From NCBI RefSeq assembly GCF_963506605.1, contig NC_083277.1, positions 118,420,001-118,484,000 of the forward strand: a stretch of 64,000 nucleotides of DNA, given 5' to 3'. This document shows positions 39,526 to 53,747 of this stretch, piece by piece (the first letter of the stretch is position 1; every line of letters starts with the position of its first letter). Made by a program: the position numbers and the translations under genes. Below the pieces are notes generated by a model that was not told the origin of the DNA, searched no databases, and saw only the letters and a program-made list of their open reading frames with translations. Source of the stretch: Zootoca vivipara (lineage: Eukaryota).

Positions 39526-39750
39526 GCTGTTGTGAACGTCATCACCAAGGAGCGTCCTCCTTTCCGGACACAGACAAACGCCCTATACACACCACTGGTG
39601 GCCCTGAAGTACGCGGATACCTCAGGGGATCTGTCCGTTGGCACCTACTACAACCTGCTTTTTCGCTTCACAGGCATCTTCCACCTCAGCATGAGCTTCC
39701 TCAAATGCATCACATGCAGCTGTTTCCGGCGCCGGGTCACACCTGCTTGA
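39526..39750 (+). CDS. RDH8: RDH8 exon 6 (AVVNVITKERPPFRTQTN...KCITCSCFRRRVTPA*)
   Basis: Acceptor ccttcag. The six exons sum to 951 nt (316 aa plus stop) and are collinear with human RDH8. Confidence 0.95.
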   Translation, partial: AVVNVITKERPPFRTQTNALYTPLVALKYADTSGDLSVGTYYNLLFRFTGIFHLSMSFLKCITCSCFRRRVTPA

Positions 39751-40179
39751 GGTCAGGGTGGGCGAGGCACTGATGGTAGCAGAGCCTCACCTCTTCCCAC
39801 TGCCCTACTAAGGCTATGTCGGATGACCAGATTGAACTAGAGAAGTACATGAGACATTCTGCAACAGATAGTCCACTCCCATGTTTTAAAGCTACCAGAT
39901 TCTGGTGAATTTACAGATAAGGAATGTGTATTGGGGAGGAATTAAAGTCAACAGGTCCTTTGGGATGTGAGTAGGAATGTCAGGTCTTTCCAACAGAAAA
40001 AGGAGCAGGACTTGCCAATGTTTGTTTACTTGTCCCATGTTTGAACAGAAATCAACCCAGCGAATGCCATCGGGATTTGCTGTTGTTATTGCTTTCAGTC
40101 CGCAAATGATACATAATTGATTACATTCCCCTCTATTTGCATTGAAATGAACAGGGTGGAATAATGTAACAGCAACATA

Positions 40180-40440
40180 AAAGGTAAAGGTACCCTTGAC
40201 CATTAGGTCCAGTCGCGGACGACTCTGGGGTTGCGTGTTCATCTTGCTCTATAGGCCAAGGGAGCCAGCGTTCGTCCGCAGACAGTTTTTCTGGATCATG
40301 TGGCCAGCATGACTAAGCCGCTTCTGGCAAAACCAGAGCATCGCACAGAAATGTTGTTTACCTTCCCACTGTACCTATTTATCTACTTGCAGTACCTATT
40401 TATCTACTTGCACTTTGACGTTGCAAGCAACGTCACTTGC
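40180..40440 (-). mobile_element. Sauria SINE, 5'-truncated, in the probable RDH8 3' UTR
   Basis: aaggtaaagg tail; 11-bp TSD acagcaacata (40169-40179, 40441-40451). Confidence 0.85.
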
Positions 40441-40819
40441 ACAGCAACATACTTTATGTAATTATGTGCATAAATTATGTGAGTCGCATAATTTCACCAC
40501 AGCAGACAGCAAGACCAATAGCACAGTTTGCGGCAGAAGGTAAGCTGCAACAGAATGCAACCATGCTGCATGCGACAAACACAGGGTGGAATGTTGCCTC
40601 CGGTGAAGTTTGAAATAAATCCAGGGACAAAAACTAGGCAGAAGTGTGAGGGGAAATTGAAAGGATATTGGTATATTTCAGTGAACTTTCTCAGACTCTA
40701 AATAACCTCAACAGAACTGTGCAATTCTGTATAAAGCAGCCCCATGGGACCTGGCAAAAAACTCCTATAAGGTCTTAAGGTCCTGCTCATACAGCGTTCT
40801 TGTTCCCATAAAGCTGAAT

Positions 40820-40990
40820 AGTGGAGCATTCAGGACAGACCAAAAGAAGCACTTCTTCACACAGTGCATATTTATAGCTATGGGCTTTGCTGCCAGAAGA
40901 TGTAATGATGGCTACTAGCTTAGATAGCTTTCAAAGAGGGTTTAGACAAATTCATGGAGGGTAAGGCTACCAATGGCTCTCAGCCATGAT
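40820..40990 (+). mobile_element. CR1-like 3' fragment
   Basis: ttcaggacagaccaaaagaagcacttcttcacacag...ttagacaaattcatggagg. Confidence 0.65.
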
Positions 40991-43036
40991 GGCACTACCC
41001 ACCTGAGTGAGAAGCTGAGACCAGCTGCTGAGGAGCATCAGTGGAGAGAAGGTGCTGTTGCCCTCAGGTCCAGCTTGTGGGTTTCCCCTAGGCATCTGCT
41101 TGGCCAATTTGAAGGAGATGCACCTGATCCAGCAGGGCTCTTTCATTATGTCATTAATATGGTCATCAGTAAGAATTTATATGGCATTTGTATATCCACA
41201 GAGAATTGTTTGCGAATTCTAATCTCCCAAAAGGAGTGCCAGTGCTGAGTAGTGGTTGGTGAGCTTCATCCTCACCAAGTAGGGTAGAGGCTTGCCATGT
41301 AACCTATAAGGAAAATCATTATTATGCCTATAAGGAAAATCATGAATGATGTTCTTGAGGTGGGCCTGGGAAAGTCAGCCTGTGAATGAGACTGTTTTTT
41401 CCTGGAAATGAATGGTTTGTCAAGGAGGATACAATGAGCAGTGCATGTGCCATGCAACTAGTGACATTGCCCATTAAGGCCAAATGGGCAGTTCGCCATT
41501 CCAAGCTTTTGTATAGATAATGTGCAGGAGAGATATTTCAGTAGCAGAATAGTTAGAGTAAGATTGCACATTTGATCAATCACTTTGATTAACCAGTTTA
41601 CATAAAACATTTGGTCAATTAAAAGGCCACCTTCACGTAATTGGGCACCGTATTTTCTTTAGTGTGTTATTTTAAATATATGTTTGCAAAGCACCGATAG
41701 AAGGTGCTTCAAAGTGGCACTTCCCCTCCCCCCCCCCCCTGGAAGGAATGCTAAGACACACCAACTGCACCACATATGGGCTTCATTTCAGGGCTGGCTC
41801 CAGGTTTTTGGGCTGTGGGCAAGAGACCTAAAGCTTGTGTTCTGCATGGCAGCCCCGTTGTGCACACTCACCCATGCATATAGATACTTGTTTTGGGGCA
41901 GCGAAGGGGAGAACTCCAGAAGTCAGTGCTGTAGCTCCCTTGCTCTGGGCCACCAGAGAGCAGTTCCCTCCTCACCACTGCCAGTGCAGCAGTGAGTCCA
42001 GACAGAGAGGGTTCTGCAACTACCTGGTTGCTGTTCCTCACATTGCCATCACTGGTGAGAAGCTGCCAAAGCTCTCTGCCTTCAGGGGATGCTATTCTTG
42101 CTCCTCCTCGTTGTCGCTGAGAGAGGGGGGCGTTCTGGTGGGCTTCTCTTCCTCTGCTGCCAGAGGAGGAACCTAGGTGGCCTCCTACACATGGTGGAGC
42201 ATATGCACACAAGGCTAAACAAAATGGTGTCATCCAGTCACAGCTCCAGACAATGTAGATAGCAGTGAACCTCCTCAAGGTGCCTGGCAATGCTGACTTC
42301 TGGCCCAACATTAAAACATACAACCTTTTTCTTCAGAATGTTTTTATTCTTTTGCACAGAACAATCCTATGCCTGTTTACTCAGAAGTTAGTACTATTAA
42401 GTTCCATTTTGCTTGAGTCAAACCTCATGGAAGGACAAGGTTCAGGGTCCTTCCACACTAGGCGTGCAGTGTAGTTATAGAGAAGCTATTCTGAATGGAT
42501 AAAGATGTTTCAAATGTTTGCTGGAAGTCCCAAGAACATGAAGGGACTTTTAATCATTTAAAAAGGCTTAAAAATGGATACAATTACTGTGCATACGATA
42601 CAGCAGATTTTAAAGGTTGAATATTAATAATCTGAATATTAACCTTGGGGGCTAATGGACACATAATTAGAAAAGGACTATGGAAGATTATTCCAATATA
42701 TGACTACAGTTTATTTTGTTTTTAGATATGCTGTAACCTACCCAGAGTGGCTGGGGAAACCCAGCCAGATGGGTGGGATATAAATAATAAAATTGTTGTT
42801 GTTGTTGTTGTTGTTGTTGTTCATTCACTTTGTAAGGGGCTTCCACCTGACACAATTGTTTGTGAAAGACAAAGTGTAGCACTATAGCACCTGAAAGCTA
42901 TCGTGATGTTTGTAATGAAATGAAAACCCTTGCAAGTTGTCATCATCACCACCATTAACCATGTTGCTTAAAAGGTGGGGGCTAGAAAAGGGGTGGCTTT
43001 TGTAAAGCATTATTTTAAGAATAATCTTATACAGCA

Positions 43037-44022
43037 CTAGCTGGCCCTGCCACACGTTGCTGTGGGTTATTTGTGTGATTTCCCTTACCCTGTGCCGATC
43101 CATGACATATCCCTGTGATTCCACCATTTCTCCCCTCACCCCCCCAGCTGATCCCTGTGATTCCCCCTCACCCCCTCCCTCATCCCTGTGAATCCCCCAA
43201 CTCTGTCCTGATCCATGACCTATTATGCCCCCTCTTCCCCCACCCCCAGCTTATCCTTGTGATTTTCCTCCTCTCCTCCCCCTAACCCCCCACCTACCCC
43301 TGTGACCCGTTCATTTTGCACACAATCATTCCACCAATGCACATGTTCTGTAAAATTTTGCCCTGTCCCAACCCTGACTCCCCTACCCACGTGTGTTATG
43401 TGAAATAACATTTATTCTACCCAAAGGCACGGTCCTGGAAAAGGCCCATATTCAGTTGATTCTATGCTGCGGCCTATTCAGCCCCCCCATTCCCCACCCC
43501 CCACCCAGGCAGGCCCCTAAATCCACTCAGCCTAGTCTGCTAAGCCGAGGTGAGATACTGTGGAGAGGGCAGGTTTCATCCCTGTGTCTCCCCCTACCCT
43601 GTTCTGATCCATTACCTATCCCTGCCCCTATTCAGTCCCCCATCCCCCCCAGGCAGGCCCCTACCTCCACTTAGCAATGTTGGGCCTTGTTGCTGCAAAA
43701 GGCCTGTTTTCAGTTGGTTGCTGTGGAATTCTGTGGTGCCATCTGGTGGCGCGGCTTTCGAGGCAGCAGTGGGCGATCTACCTTTCTATTGGATGCTGCT
43801 GGAGTCTTCAGAGCTTCTGCTGGTGATGTCTAATTTGGGCACCACTTTTTTGTGTTTAATCATTATTTTAAGTATGAAAGGTTTGCTTTTTTGGGAAAAA
43901 AATTATGCCAGATCCCTCACTGATGGGCATGGAACATTGTGGCCAAATTTGTTACATTACGGTTCAGCGGTTACAGAGAAAGGCTGTTACATCTGTGCGC
44001 TCAATGCCTACATTTTTATATA
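43037..44022 (-). mobile_element. Non-autonomous Helitron whose 5' end is interrupted by a TA-targeting MITE
   Basis: A|CTAG-ctggccctgccacacgttgc is the reverse complement of the 5378 terminus; ...cctacatttttatata resembles a Helitron 5' end. Confidence 0.7.
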
Positions 44023-44523
44023 CAGTGGGACCTCGACTTACGAATTCAATCCGTTCCGAATGCACACTCGTAGGTCGAAAACTTCGTAAGTCGAGTTTCC
44101 CATAGGAAAAGCGGTTTCCCATAGGAATGCATTGGAAACGGGAAAATTCATAAGTCGAGGAAACCGCATCTAAAAACTCGTAAGTCAAAGAAACTGCACC
44201 TAGCCGCAAACGGGTTTTCCATTCGGATGTCGGGGAAATCGTAAGCGCGCGGCCACTTTTTCCGCTCATAAGTCGAAAACGTCAGATGTTGAGCTCGTAA
44301 GTTCCAGACGGGTCCGTGGAGTACTCAACCTGAAGCGTACTTAACCTGAGGTATGAGTGTAATTGGTTCCGGAAGTCCGTACTTAACCTGAAGCGTACTT
44401 AACCTGAAGCGAACTTTCCCATTGAAAGTAATGGAAAGTGGATCAATCCATTCCAGACAGGTCCGAGGAGTACTTAAACTGAAAATACTCAAACCAAGGC
44501 GTACTTAAACAGAGGTATGACTG
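44023..44523. mobile_element. Composite of two pogo/Tigger-like MITE fragments
   Basis: TA|cagtgggacctcgacttacg on the left and ...gaggtatgactg|TA on the right; the internal repeat unit changes near 44300. Confidence 0.65.
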
Positions 44524-45952
44524 TACAGCCATTAGAATTAATGAACCTAAGTAGGTGTACTGGAAGTAAAAGTTAGTTGAATAGAACCCATTATTTAATT
44601 GCTGGTAAGATATTGCTGGTTATGGGGGAGGGAGCAGGGAGAGAAATTTACTTCAAGCTCTCCTCCCCTCTTGTTTCTCACTGGCCCTGCCTTGGCTGTG
44701 ATCCTGTTTGCACTCACCAGCACTACACTTAGAAGGGAGGCATTTCAACTGACAAATCTCAAGATAATTACTAACATGGTCAGCTAGTACCTCCTGCCTA
44801 GAAGGCTCCACAGCACAAGCACAGATAGCTTACTTTGTCTTGCAGCCAAGGCATGCAGAGAGGGGCAGCGAGGGCTGCCGCAAAGCCAGAATATTATCCT
44901 CCTGGCCAAAGACCAGAGCTAGAGAATGCAAATCAAGAAAAAAGAAATGCAGCCAGGACAGCCATTCTGTCAGCACATGCCAGAGCTGGCTTAGCGCTTA
45001 GTGCCCAATAGCCTGACAAGAGCGCAGCCCCTCAGATTTCTATTTATTTTGATTGATTGGGGGGGACAACCCCCCCCTTGGCTGCGCCCGTGCGAGGCGG
45101 AAGGAAGCACAGCATTTCTGACAACTTTGGACAAGCCAGTGGGAAAAATCCGAAATAAGAAACGCGGGCAGAAAAATCGTATGTCTGAGAGAAAGGAATC
45201 CAGCTCCTGTCATAGTCCCTTTTTTCACAGCGAGGGAGAAGGCGCAGCCCGGATCTGAATCCTGACACACCACCACGCTTTCCCACTCTGCCGCGAGCGG
45301 GCGCCTACGGACCGCCTCGGAACTACTTATCCCAGAGTGCTTGGCGACGGCATGACGCAACAGGTTCTCATTGGCCAGACAGCACAAGGTCACAAGGAGT
45401 CGAACAAAGAAATTGGCACAAAGGCTGCTGGGAAATGAGGCATCGCGGTCTCCTGCACGGAGACCCAGGCTTTTGTTCGCCTGCCTGCCCGTCCACCTTC
45501 CCCCACCCACGCTTATCACCGAGGCCCAAAGCAAAAGCCCATGTTTGAATGCGTCGGGAATCCTCCTGCGGCTACTAACCCAGTTTGGGAGCCTTACTCC
45601 CTAGTGGGGTGACAATGAAGGAGGAGCAGAGTTATGCGCAAAAAGCCCCTTAGAGCCGTAATGAAAGGCTGCCTTCCCTAGAAATTTCACTGAAGAACCA
45701 GTAAGGTGTTTTTAACTCAAAAAAACTGTCAGAAGCGGGAGACACACACACACAAATTCAAGACTATTTCTAATACTATTTAAAAAGAGAACATAACTGT
45801 CAAAGGCCACCGCACATACCAAATTTGATTTACGAACGTAACATGTCGGACCAATTGTAAAGCAAGCAACCACTGCTTTTTCACAAGCTTCTATCCCTAC
45901 CTTGTTAACGTTAGTAAATGTGGGAAATTCAGCTTTTTATGAATGAGTAGGT

Positions 45953-45968
45953 GGCCCTTAAAAGGGCC
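45953..45968 (-). terminator. Histone 3' stem-loop of H4 #1
   Basis: GGCCCT-TTTA-AGGGCC with a purine-rich HDE AAAAAGCTG (45938-45930). Confidence 0.95.
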
Positions 45969-46000
45969 TTTGGGTATTTTGTCGTTCGCTGCAGGAATAT

Positions 46001-46321
<321 letters not shown>

Positions 46322-46384
46322 TCAAATACCTTGTAAACAAACGCACAAGGAAGGAGAGAATCGGCTAATGCAAGAGCAAGAAGA

Positions 46385-46430
46385 ACTCGGGTGCATTATA
46401 TACTCTGTAAGCCGACCAGAATGAAGTCTG
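46385..46430 (-). promoter_or_regulatory. H4 promoter: site II-like element plus TATA
   Basis: Minus strand ttcattctggtcggcttacagagTATATAA; a near-identical block precedes H4 #2 (ttccttcaggtcggcttacagacTATATAAA). Confidence 0.8.
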
Positions 46431-47149
46431 GCAGTCCCAGGGAGGCGGTGCTACCTAACTGCGCCTCTCTCGCTATAGGACACTGCTCATCAAATGAGCA
46501 GCGGGAGATTTTCAAAATGCCCAATCTCAAATTGCCGCTTCAAACTGAATAATTTGGCGCCGTTCCTTTGCTTTTGAGTCTGCGGAGAAGATAACGCTCT
46601 CAGGTTGCCCCAAAGGAGGCAAGAGAGCAGACTGAAACAAGCAAAAAATGGATACAAAACTGCCCAACGGAACTCATTGGTCCCTCCCCTGCTTATTTGC
46701 GCTACTTTGTTAACAGAGAGCAAATTGTGAAACTGTTGCAAGATAATAACGATTGATAATACCTTCGATGAAAAAGTCGGTCCTCTTTCTTTGACGCTGT
46801 AAATGAAGTTTAGGAATGAGAGCAGCCTGCGACCATGTGCATTTGTGATAAATTATTTTAACACTTGCATACAATTAATAAACTACGGAGACGCCAAAGA
46901 CACCTTAATGTAAGCCGTGCTATCACCTATTGAGGGGGGGGGGATGTGTTTTCTTGCAGGAGTCCTGTGGAGAACACCATGTTTTCAGTGGAAACTGGTG
47001 CATATGTAATTTGTGTTAAAAACTGTCTCTGCTTTGATTGCAATGAGATTAAATTCAAACGTGTTTTGGAACATGGATGGAGGGGATAAGCCCAATACAA
47101 AAAAAAAATCTGGTCCTAATTCCTACTTGGTGTGCTTAAGTATTTGATT

Positions 47150-47210
<61 letters not shown>

Positions 47211-47785
47211 GGACTTTGGAGAGACAAGTGTAGTGTAATAAAATATGAATTATGGCACCAGGAGTTGCCTATTCAGATCCCTGATCAAACTTGAAACTAA
47301 CTGGACTACCTTGGCAAGATTTTCTTTTCAGTAGTAGTTTACCACCTACACCAAATCTACCTTCTTGGACTGTTATAATAAAGTGCTTCCCTGTGAGCCT
47401 CAGAGAAGCAGGATAAAGTTGTGGTAAATGCAAAAAAGTGCCCCCCCTTACATGCCATCACTAGGGGTGATGTATAAGAACAATGAAGATTAACTTAATT
47501 TGGACAATTCAATTCCAGAACATGAAAGTTCTGCTGCATCCTCGTTTTTAATACAGACATATCATTAGCAAAACCCATAGGCTACATCCAAATCAGGGCT
47601 TCTATATTAAATACCCTGTAATTTAAAACTTGCGAACCTTATTCATAATTTAGTATCAACTCCTTCAGTAGCTCCTCATTGTGACCTTAGGGAGGAAGAA
47701 TGTCTGTCATAGGTTGCAAAACAAATGTCAGATATACCTTTATTTGCCTCCCAATTAAGGATTGCACTTCATGTATGATCTAGTT

Positions 47786-47919
47786 CAGGCATCCCCAAAC
47801 TGCGGCCCTCCATGTTTTGGCCTACAACTCCCATGATCCCTAGCTAACAGGACCAGTGGTCGGGGAAGATGGGAATTGTAGTCCAAAACATCTGGAGGGC
47901 CGAAGTTTGGGGATGCCTG
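47786..47919. mobile_element. hAT MITE, family A
   Basis: Near-identical to 14682-14817; perfect TSD atctagtt. Confidence 0.9.
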
Positions 47920-48622
47920 ATCTAGTTGAGATTCTTGAATCACAGAGGGTTGGACTAGATGACCATCAACAACCAGACCCACTTTACAATTCTGTGTGTG
48001 TATCTTGAAGAATGTGGAGTGTGATACACAAAAACCTAACACCATAATAGGCCTGAGGCTCTAAGATACCAGGGGACATTGTTGCTAAAAACTACCCTTT
48101 GGGAAATTTGTTACAGACGAACAGTAATTAAAAATGTCACATTTAGCTACTCACAAAAATTATGTAGAAGCTTGCCCAAAAATTAGTAGTCTCTATTGTA
48201 AGTGCCAGGCCTAGCTATCCTGTAGCAAAGTTTATGATTCCATCATCCAAAGCACATTCTTAGCATATTCTTGATTCACCAAACTCAACCAAGTTGATGG
48301 TATGAAGCTTTTTAGTTTTTGAAAATACTATGCATAGCTTTGTGAAGCACACCTGCTCAAGGCGTATTTGAGCTATGCTACCACTCTAACCTGCAAGTGG
48401 TTTTTTTCCATAAACTGCCCCACCTAACTTGGTTTCATGCAATATGGGAAACAATCACAGAAATCAAATTATAACATAATGAAATGCCTTATATGGAGAG
48501 TGTCTTTAGAGCACCATCACAAATGTTTTCACTTAATAGTTAATAAAAATTGATGTGCATTGTCAGCATTTATTGGAACTCCGGATGAAAAATGACTCAA
48601 GCTCTTTTGTGAGAAAGTGGGT

Positions 48623-48638
48623 GGCTCTTAAAAGAGCC
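48623..48638 (-). terminator. Histone stem-loop of H2B #1
   Basis: GGCTCT-TTTA-AGAGCC followed by ACCCA; HDE AAAAGAGCTT at 48608-48599. Confidence 0.95.
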
Positions 48639-48677
48639 TTTGGGTTATTGAGTTCTTTGCTAAGCAGCACAATCTGC

Positions 48678-49906
<1,229 letters not shown>

Positions 49907-49962
49907 ACCTTGACTACCCCCCAGAAGGGGGGAAAAAACCCTCGCTGAACGCCGAACCCAAA

Positions 49963-49978
49963 GGCTCTTTTCAGAGCC
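49963..49978 (+). terminator. Histone stem-loop of H2A #1
   Basis: GGCTCT-TTTC-AGAGCC; HDE AAAAGAG at 49994-50000. Confidence 0.95.
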
Positions 49979-51109
49979 ACCCACATTTTCCAGAAAAGAG
50001 CCGAGTCCAAGCTGTTGGTGACTTTGGAAAACAAGTTGTGTTCTTGTATTTAGAACGGGATTCAAAATATTCCTAGCTCTTAAGGTTAAATTGTATTAAC
50101 CCGCGAGCAACAATTGACATTCCACCAAGTTAGGTGAAGCTGAGCCCTTGTTTTCGTTGTACTTTCCGTGGTTGAGAAAAGTATTGGCTGTTCGGGGTAT
50201 CAATACCCTTTGTTAAGGGATGATGTCCGACGTGGATCATGCAGTCGTTACCCGTCCCCATTTTATATCTAAAATACACCTTGGTACTCCAACAAATAAA
50301 TATTAGAAAACGAATTGGCATGCCAAGGTAATACCTCGCTCCGAGGCAATCTGGCTTTGATGCAGCCTGAGAAAGAATTGTGTGTAACGAAAGAATACTG
50401 ACACATAGTATTAAAAATACTCTTTGACCCTGGTATTTTTACTGACTCCCCGTAAAATAAAAGGATTTGTCGGTAGCGGGTACGATTCTGAACCAATCAT
50501 TGCGTAGCGCGGTTGTTTTTTTTTTTTAGCCCTATAACTCCGCCTCTGCCTGTTAAGTTCAAAGAAGCCTATTCAGCTGCACATCACAAAAGATGCTGTT
50601 GCTCTTTGACCCAAAAACGGTTGTCACACTATAGGAAAGGTGGGGGTTTGAATGCCCTGTGGTCGCAGGAATCTGGCTCGTCAGCCTTTTCAGCTTTTTA
50701 ACGGCAGCATCTTTCAGATACGCGCTATTTATCGCGCCTGCGAGGTTTGACTACAAATACATAAGTGTTTTTTAAAGAATGAGTCTTTGTTACGAGTCCA
50801 ACGTTAAGCGTTTCCCTCTCCTGACTGAAACCAAGAACATCTCCCATATATTTCTGGGTCGCTAAACACTGTTTCACTCCACACGCATGTTATGTGTTGT
50901 TGTTTTTTTACTTTCACAACAACCCTGTGAGGTAGGATAGGCCGGGAATCTACCCCCCCCCCAACCAAAAGATAATTTATAGGTCACGTGCTTAGGATCC
51001 ATGATATAACTGGAGCACCTTCCAGGCAGAAGGTCTCGGAGGAGACGGAGATCGCCAAGGTGGCCTACAAGCCCGGGAAATTCAAACCCCTGAGCCGATA
51101 CGCTCGCGT

Positions 51110-51180
51110 TCTCGGCCAATCAGGGAAGGAGGGTTTCCCTATAAATTCTCGGCTCCCAGGTTTTCTCCCCCGATTTGCAT
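51110..51180 (+). promoter_or_regulatory. H3 promoter (CCAAT, TATA)
   Basis: ggCCAATcag at ~51116 and TATAAAT at 51140-51146. Confidence 0.85.
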
Positions 51181-51217
51181 CCGTCCTCTCGGAGAGTGCT
51201 GCTGTCTGGCTGCTTGA

Positions 51218-51637
<420 letters not shown>

Positions 51638-51679
51638 GCTGCTTCCCGGTCGCTACAGCACAGCTGGAAATAACCCAAA

Positions 51680-51695
51680 GGCTCTTTTAAGGGCC
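51680..51695 (+). terminator. Histone stem-loop of H3 (one U.G wobble)
   Basis: GGCTCT-TTTA-AGGGCC followed by ACCCA; HDE AAAAGGGAGCTG at ~51709-51720. Confidence 0.9.
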
Positions 51696-52470
51696 ACCCA
51701 CATAACACAAAAGGGAGCTGTCTTTATTTCCTACCCAGTACGTTTGCATTGCGCAATCCAGGTGCACGGAGGCTCTTCGCGTCAGGTCGGCAAGCGTTTG
51801 GGCACCGGGCATATATGACATTCAGTCTGATCGTGTGCATGTTCACACGGAAGTCTTACTGAGACTTCTGGGTAAGTGGCTATAGGCTTTCCAGCCTTAG
51901 TGGAAATTTTGAGCTGGAAATCCCCTCCTTTCAATAGGAATGGGTGTGCATTGGTTGCCACCGGTCAGGATTTCTAGAGAAATAAAATTGATTGACTTCA
52001 TTTTAAGATCCTGATTTAATTCAGTGACATATTTTCTATCCGTTAAAAGCACACAGAAGCTGGCATTTCAAAGCCAAGCAAAGAGAGGAGTCTTTTTGTC
52101 TGCCTCTGTAGGTCTCTTGCACTGTTTGAGCCCAACGCCGCGCATCCATTGATTTCAATGGGCTTCAGCATTTTTTTATTGGCCTGATCCATTCCAGGTC
52201 AGGAAATCCAGGTGCAGATTGGCACTTGCTACACTGTTCAAGGAGGGGGAGGGAAATGTATATAACACATTTGCTCCACTCTAGGAACATGGGCACCATT
52301 GTCTGTTTTGTTTTAAATATTTTGCATGCCTCAAATGCTTCAGTTAGGGACATAAATACTCTTAATTTCTTACAAAGAGCATGTTGATGTTTATAAAAAT
52401 TGTAGATGGCAAGCACACTGTTCCTCAGAGGAGCAATGCCTCATTGAGATGTGACCTGGTATGGTCCATG

Positions 52471-52790
52471 GGTAAAGGTAAAGGGACCCCTGACAGTTAG
52501 GTCCAGTCGCAGACGACTCGGGTTGTGGCGCTCATCTCGCGTTATTGGCCGAGGGAGCCGGCGTACAGCTTCCGGGTCATGTCAGCATGACTAAGCTGCT
52601 TCTGGCAAACCAGTGCAGTGCACGGAAACGCCGTTTACCTTCCTGCTGGAGCGGTACGTATTTATCTACTTGCACTTTGACGTGCTTTCGAACTGCTAGG
52701 TTGGCAGGAGCTGGGACTGAGCAATGGGAGCTCACCTCGTCGCAGGGATTCGAACTGCTGACCTTCCAATCGGCAAGCGCCACCCTGTCC
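52471..52790 (-). mobile_element. Sauria SINE
   Basis: ggtaaaggtaaaggg tail and the core tttatctacttgcac. Confidence 0.85.
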
Positions 52791-52944
52791 ACTCCTAAAT
52801 GTAGTGCTTCTTTCTTATTGTTTCATTATAACTATGAGTAGGCTGAGGGAGACATGTACCTATAATTCTGATACTGTATTTCATTACCTGCTGAAAATGT
52901 TCATTTCACCAGGTGCTTTCAGAAAACACATTTGTTTGCAGAGC

Positions 52945-53150
52945 ATGGGATTGTAGAGTTGGAGGGAAGGAACCCTGAGGGTCATCTAGTCCAACCCCCG
53001 GCAATGCAGGAATCTCAACACACATGCCCGAGATGCTTACTGTATTCTCAGGGTCATGGGTTCAAGACCCACATTGAGGGAAAGTGTCCAGCATTGCACT
53101 GGTTGGACTAGATGACCCTTGTGGTGCCAACTCTACAATTCTATGTTTCT
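52945..53150. mobile_element. Two oppositely oriented tRNA-Lys/CR1-tail SINE fragments
   Basis: gggtcatctagtccaacc (minus) and ggttggactagatgaccc (plus), with a B-box-like gggttcaagaccc. Confidence 0.55.
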
Positions 53151-53298
53151 GTGGTAATCATTTTTTTCTATATTTTATAGTTTTATGATCCTTCAATGCT
53201 TTCATTGTACCCCACCGTCACATTTTTTAATGAGCTGGCAGTTTAGAAATATTCTTATAAATAGATGAGAAAAGAAATTCCATTTGAAGATATATTTT

Positions 53299-53747
53299 TT
53301 TAGTCGTTTAGTCGTGTCCGACTCTTCGTGACCCCATGGACCAGAGCACGCCAGGCACTCCTGTCTTCCACTGCCTCCCGCAGTTTGGTCAAACGCATGT
53401 TCGTAGCTTCGAGAACACTGTCCAACCATCTTGTCCTCTGTCGTCCCCTTCTCCTTGTGCCCTCCATCTTCCCCAACATCAGGGTCTTTTCCAAGGATTC
53501 TTCTCTTCTCATGAGGTGGCCAAAGTATTGGAGCCTCAGCTTCAGGATCTGTCCTTCCAGTGAGCACTCAGGGCTGATTTCCTTAAGAATGGATAGGTTT
53601 GATCTTCTTGCAGTCCATGGGACTCTCAAGAGTCTCCTCCAGCACCATAATTCAAAAGCATCAATTCTTCGACGATCAGCCTTCTTTATGGTCCAGCTCT
53701 CACTTCCATACATCACTACTGGGAAAACCATAGCTTTAACTATACGG
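53299..53747 (-). mobile_element. BovB 3' fragment with an uninterrupted reading frame
   Basis: MVFPVVMYGSESWTIKKADRRRIDAFELWCWRR...KSRTRLND, open to the natural stop. Confidence 0.95.

Noticed and set aside
43550-44089. 179-aa ORF
   Set aside because: Lies within Helitron/MITE sequence; no Rep/helicase or other recognisable motifs.
44300-44523. Short spaced repeats (acttaacctgaag) superficially like a CRISPR array
   Set aside because: Subterminal repeats of a pogo-like MITE in a eukaryote; irregular spacing and no cas genes.
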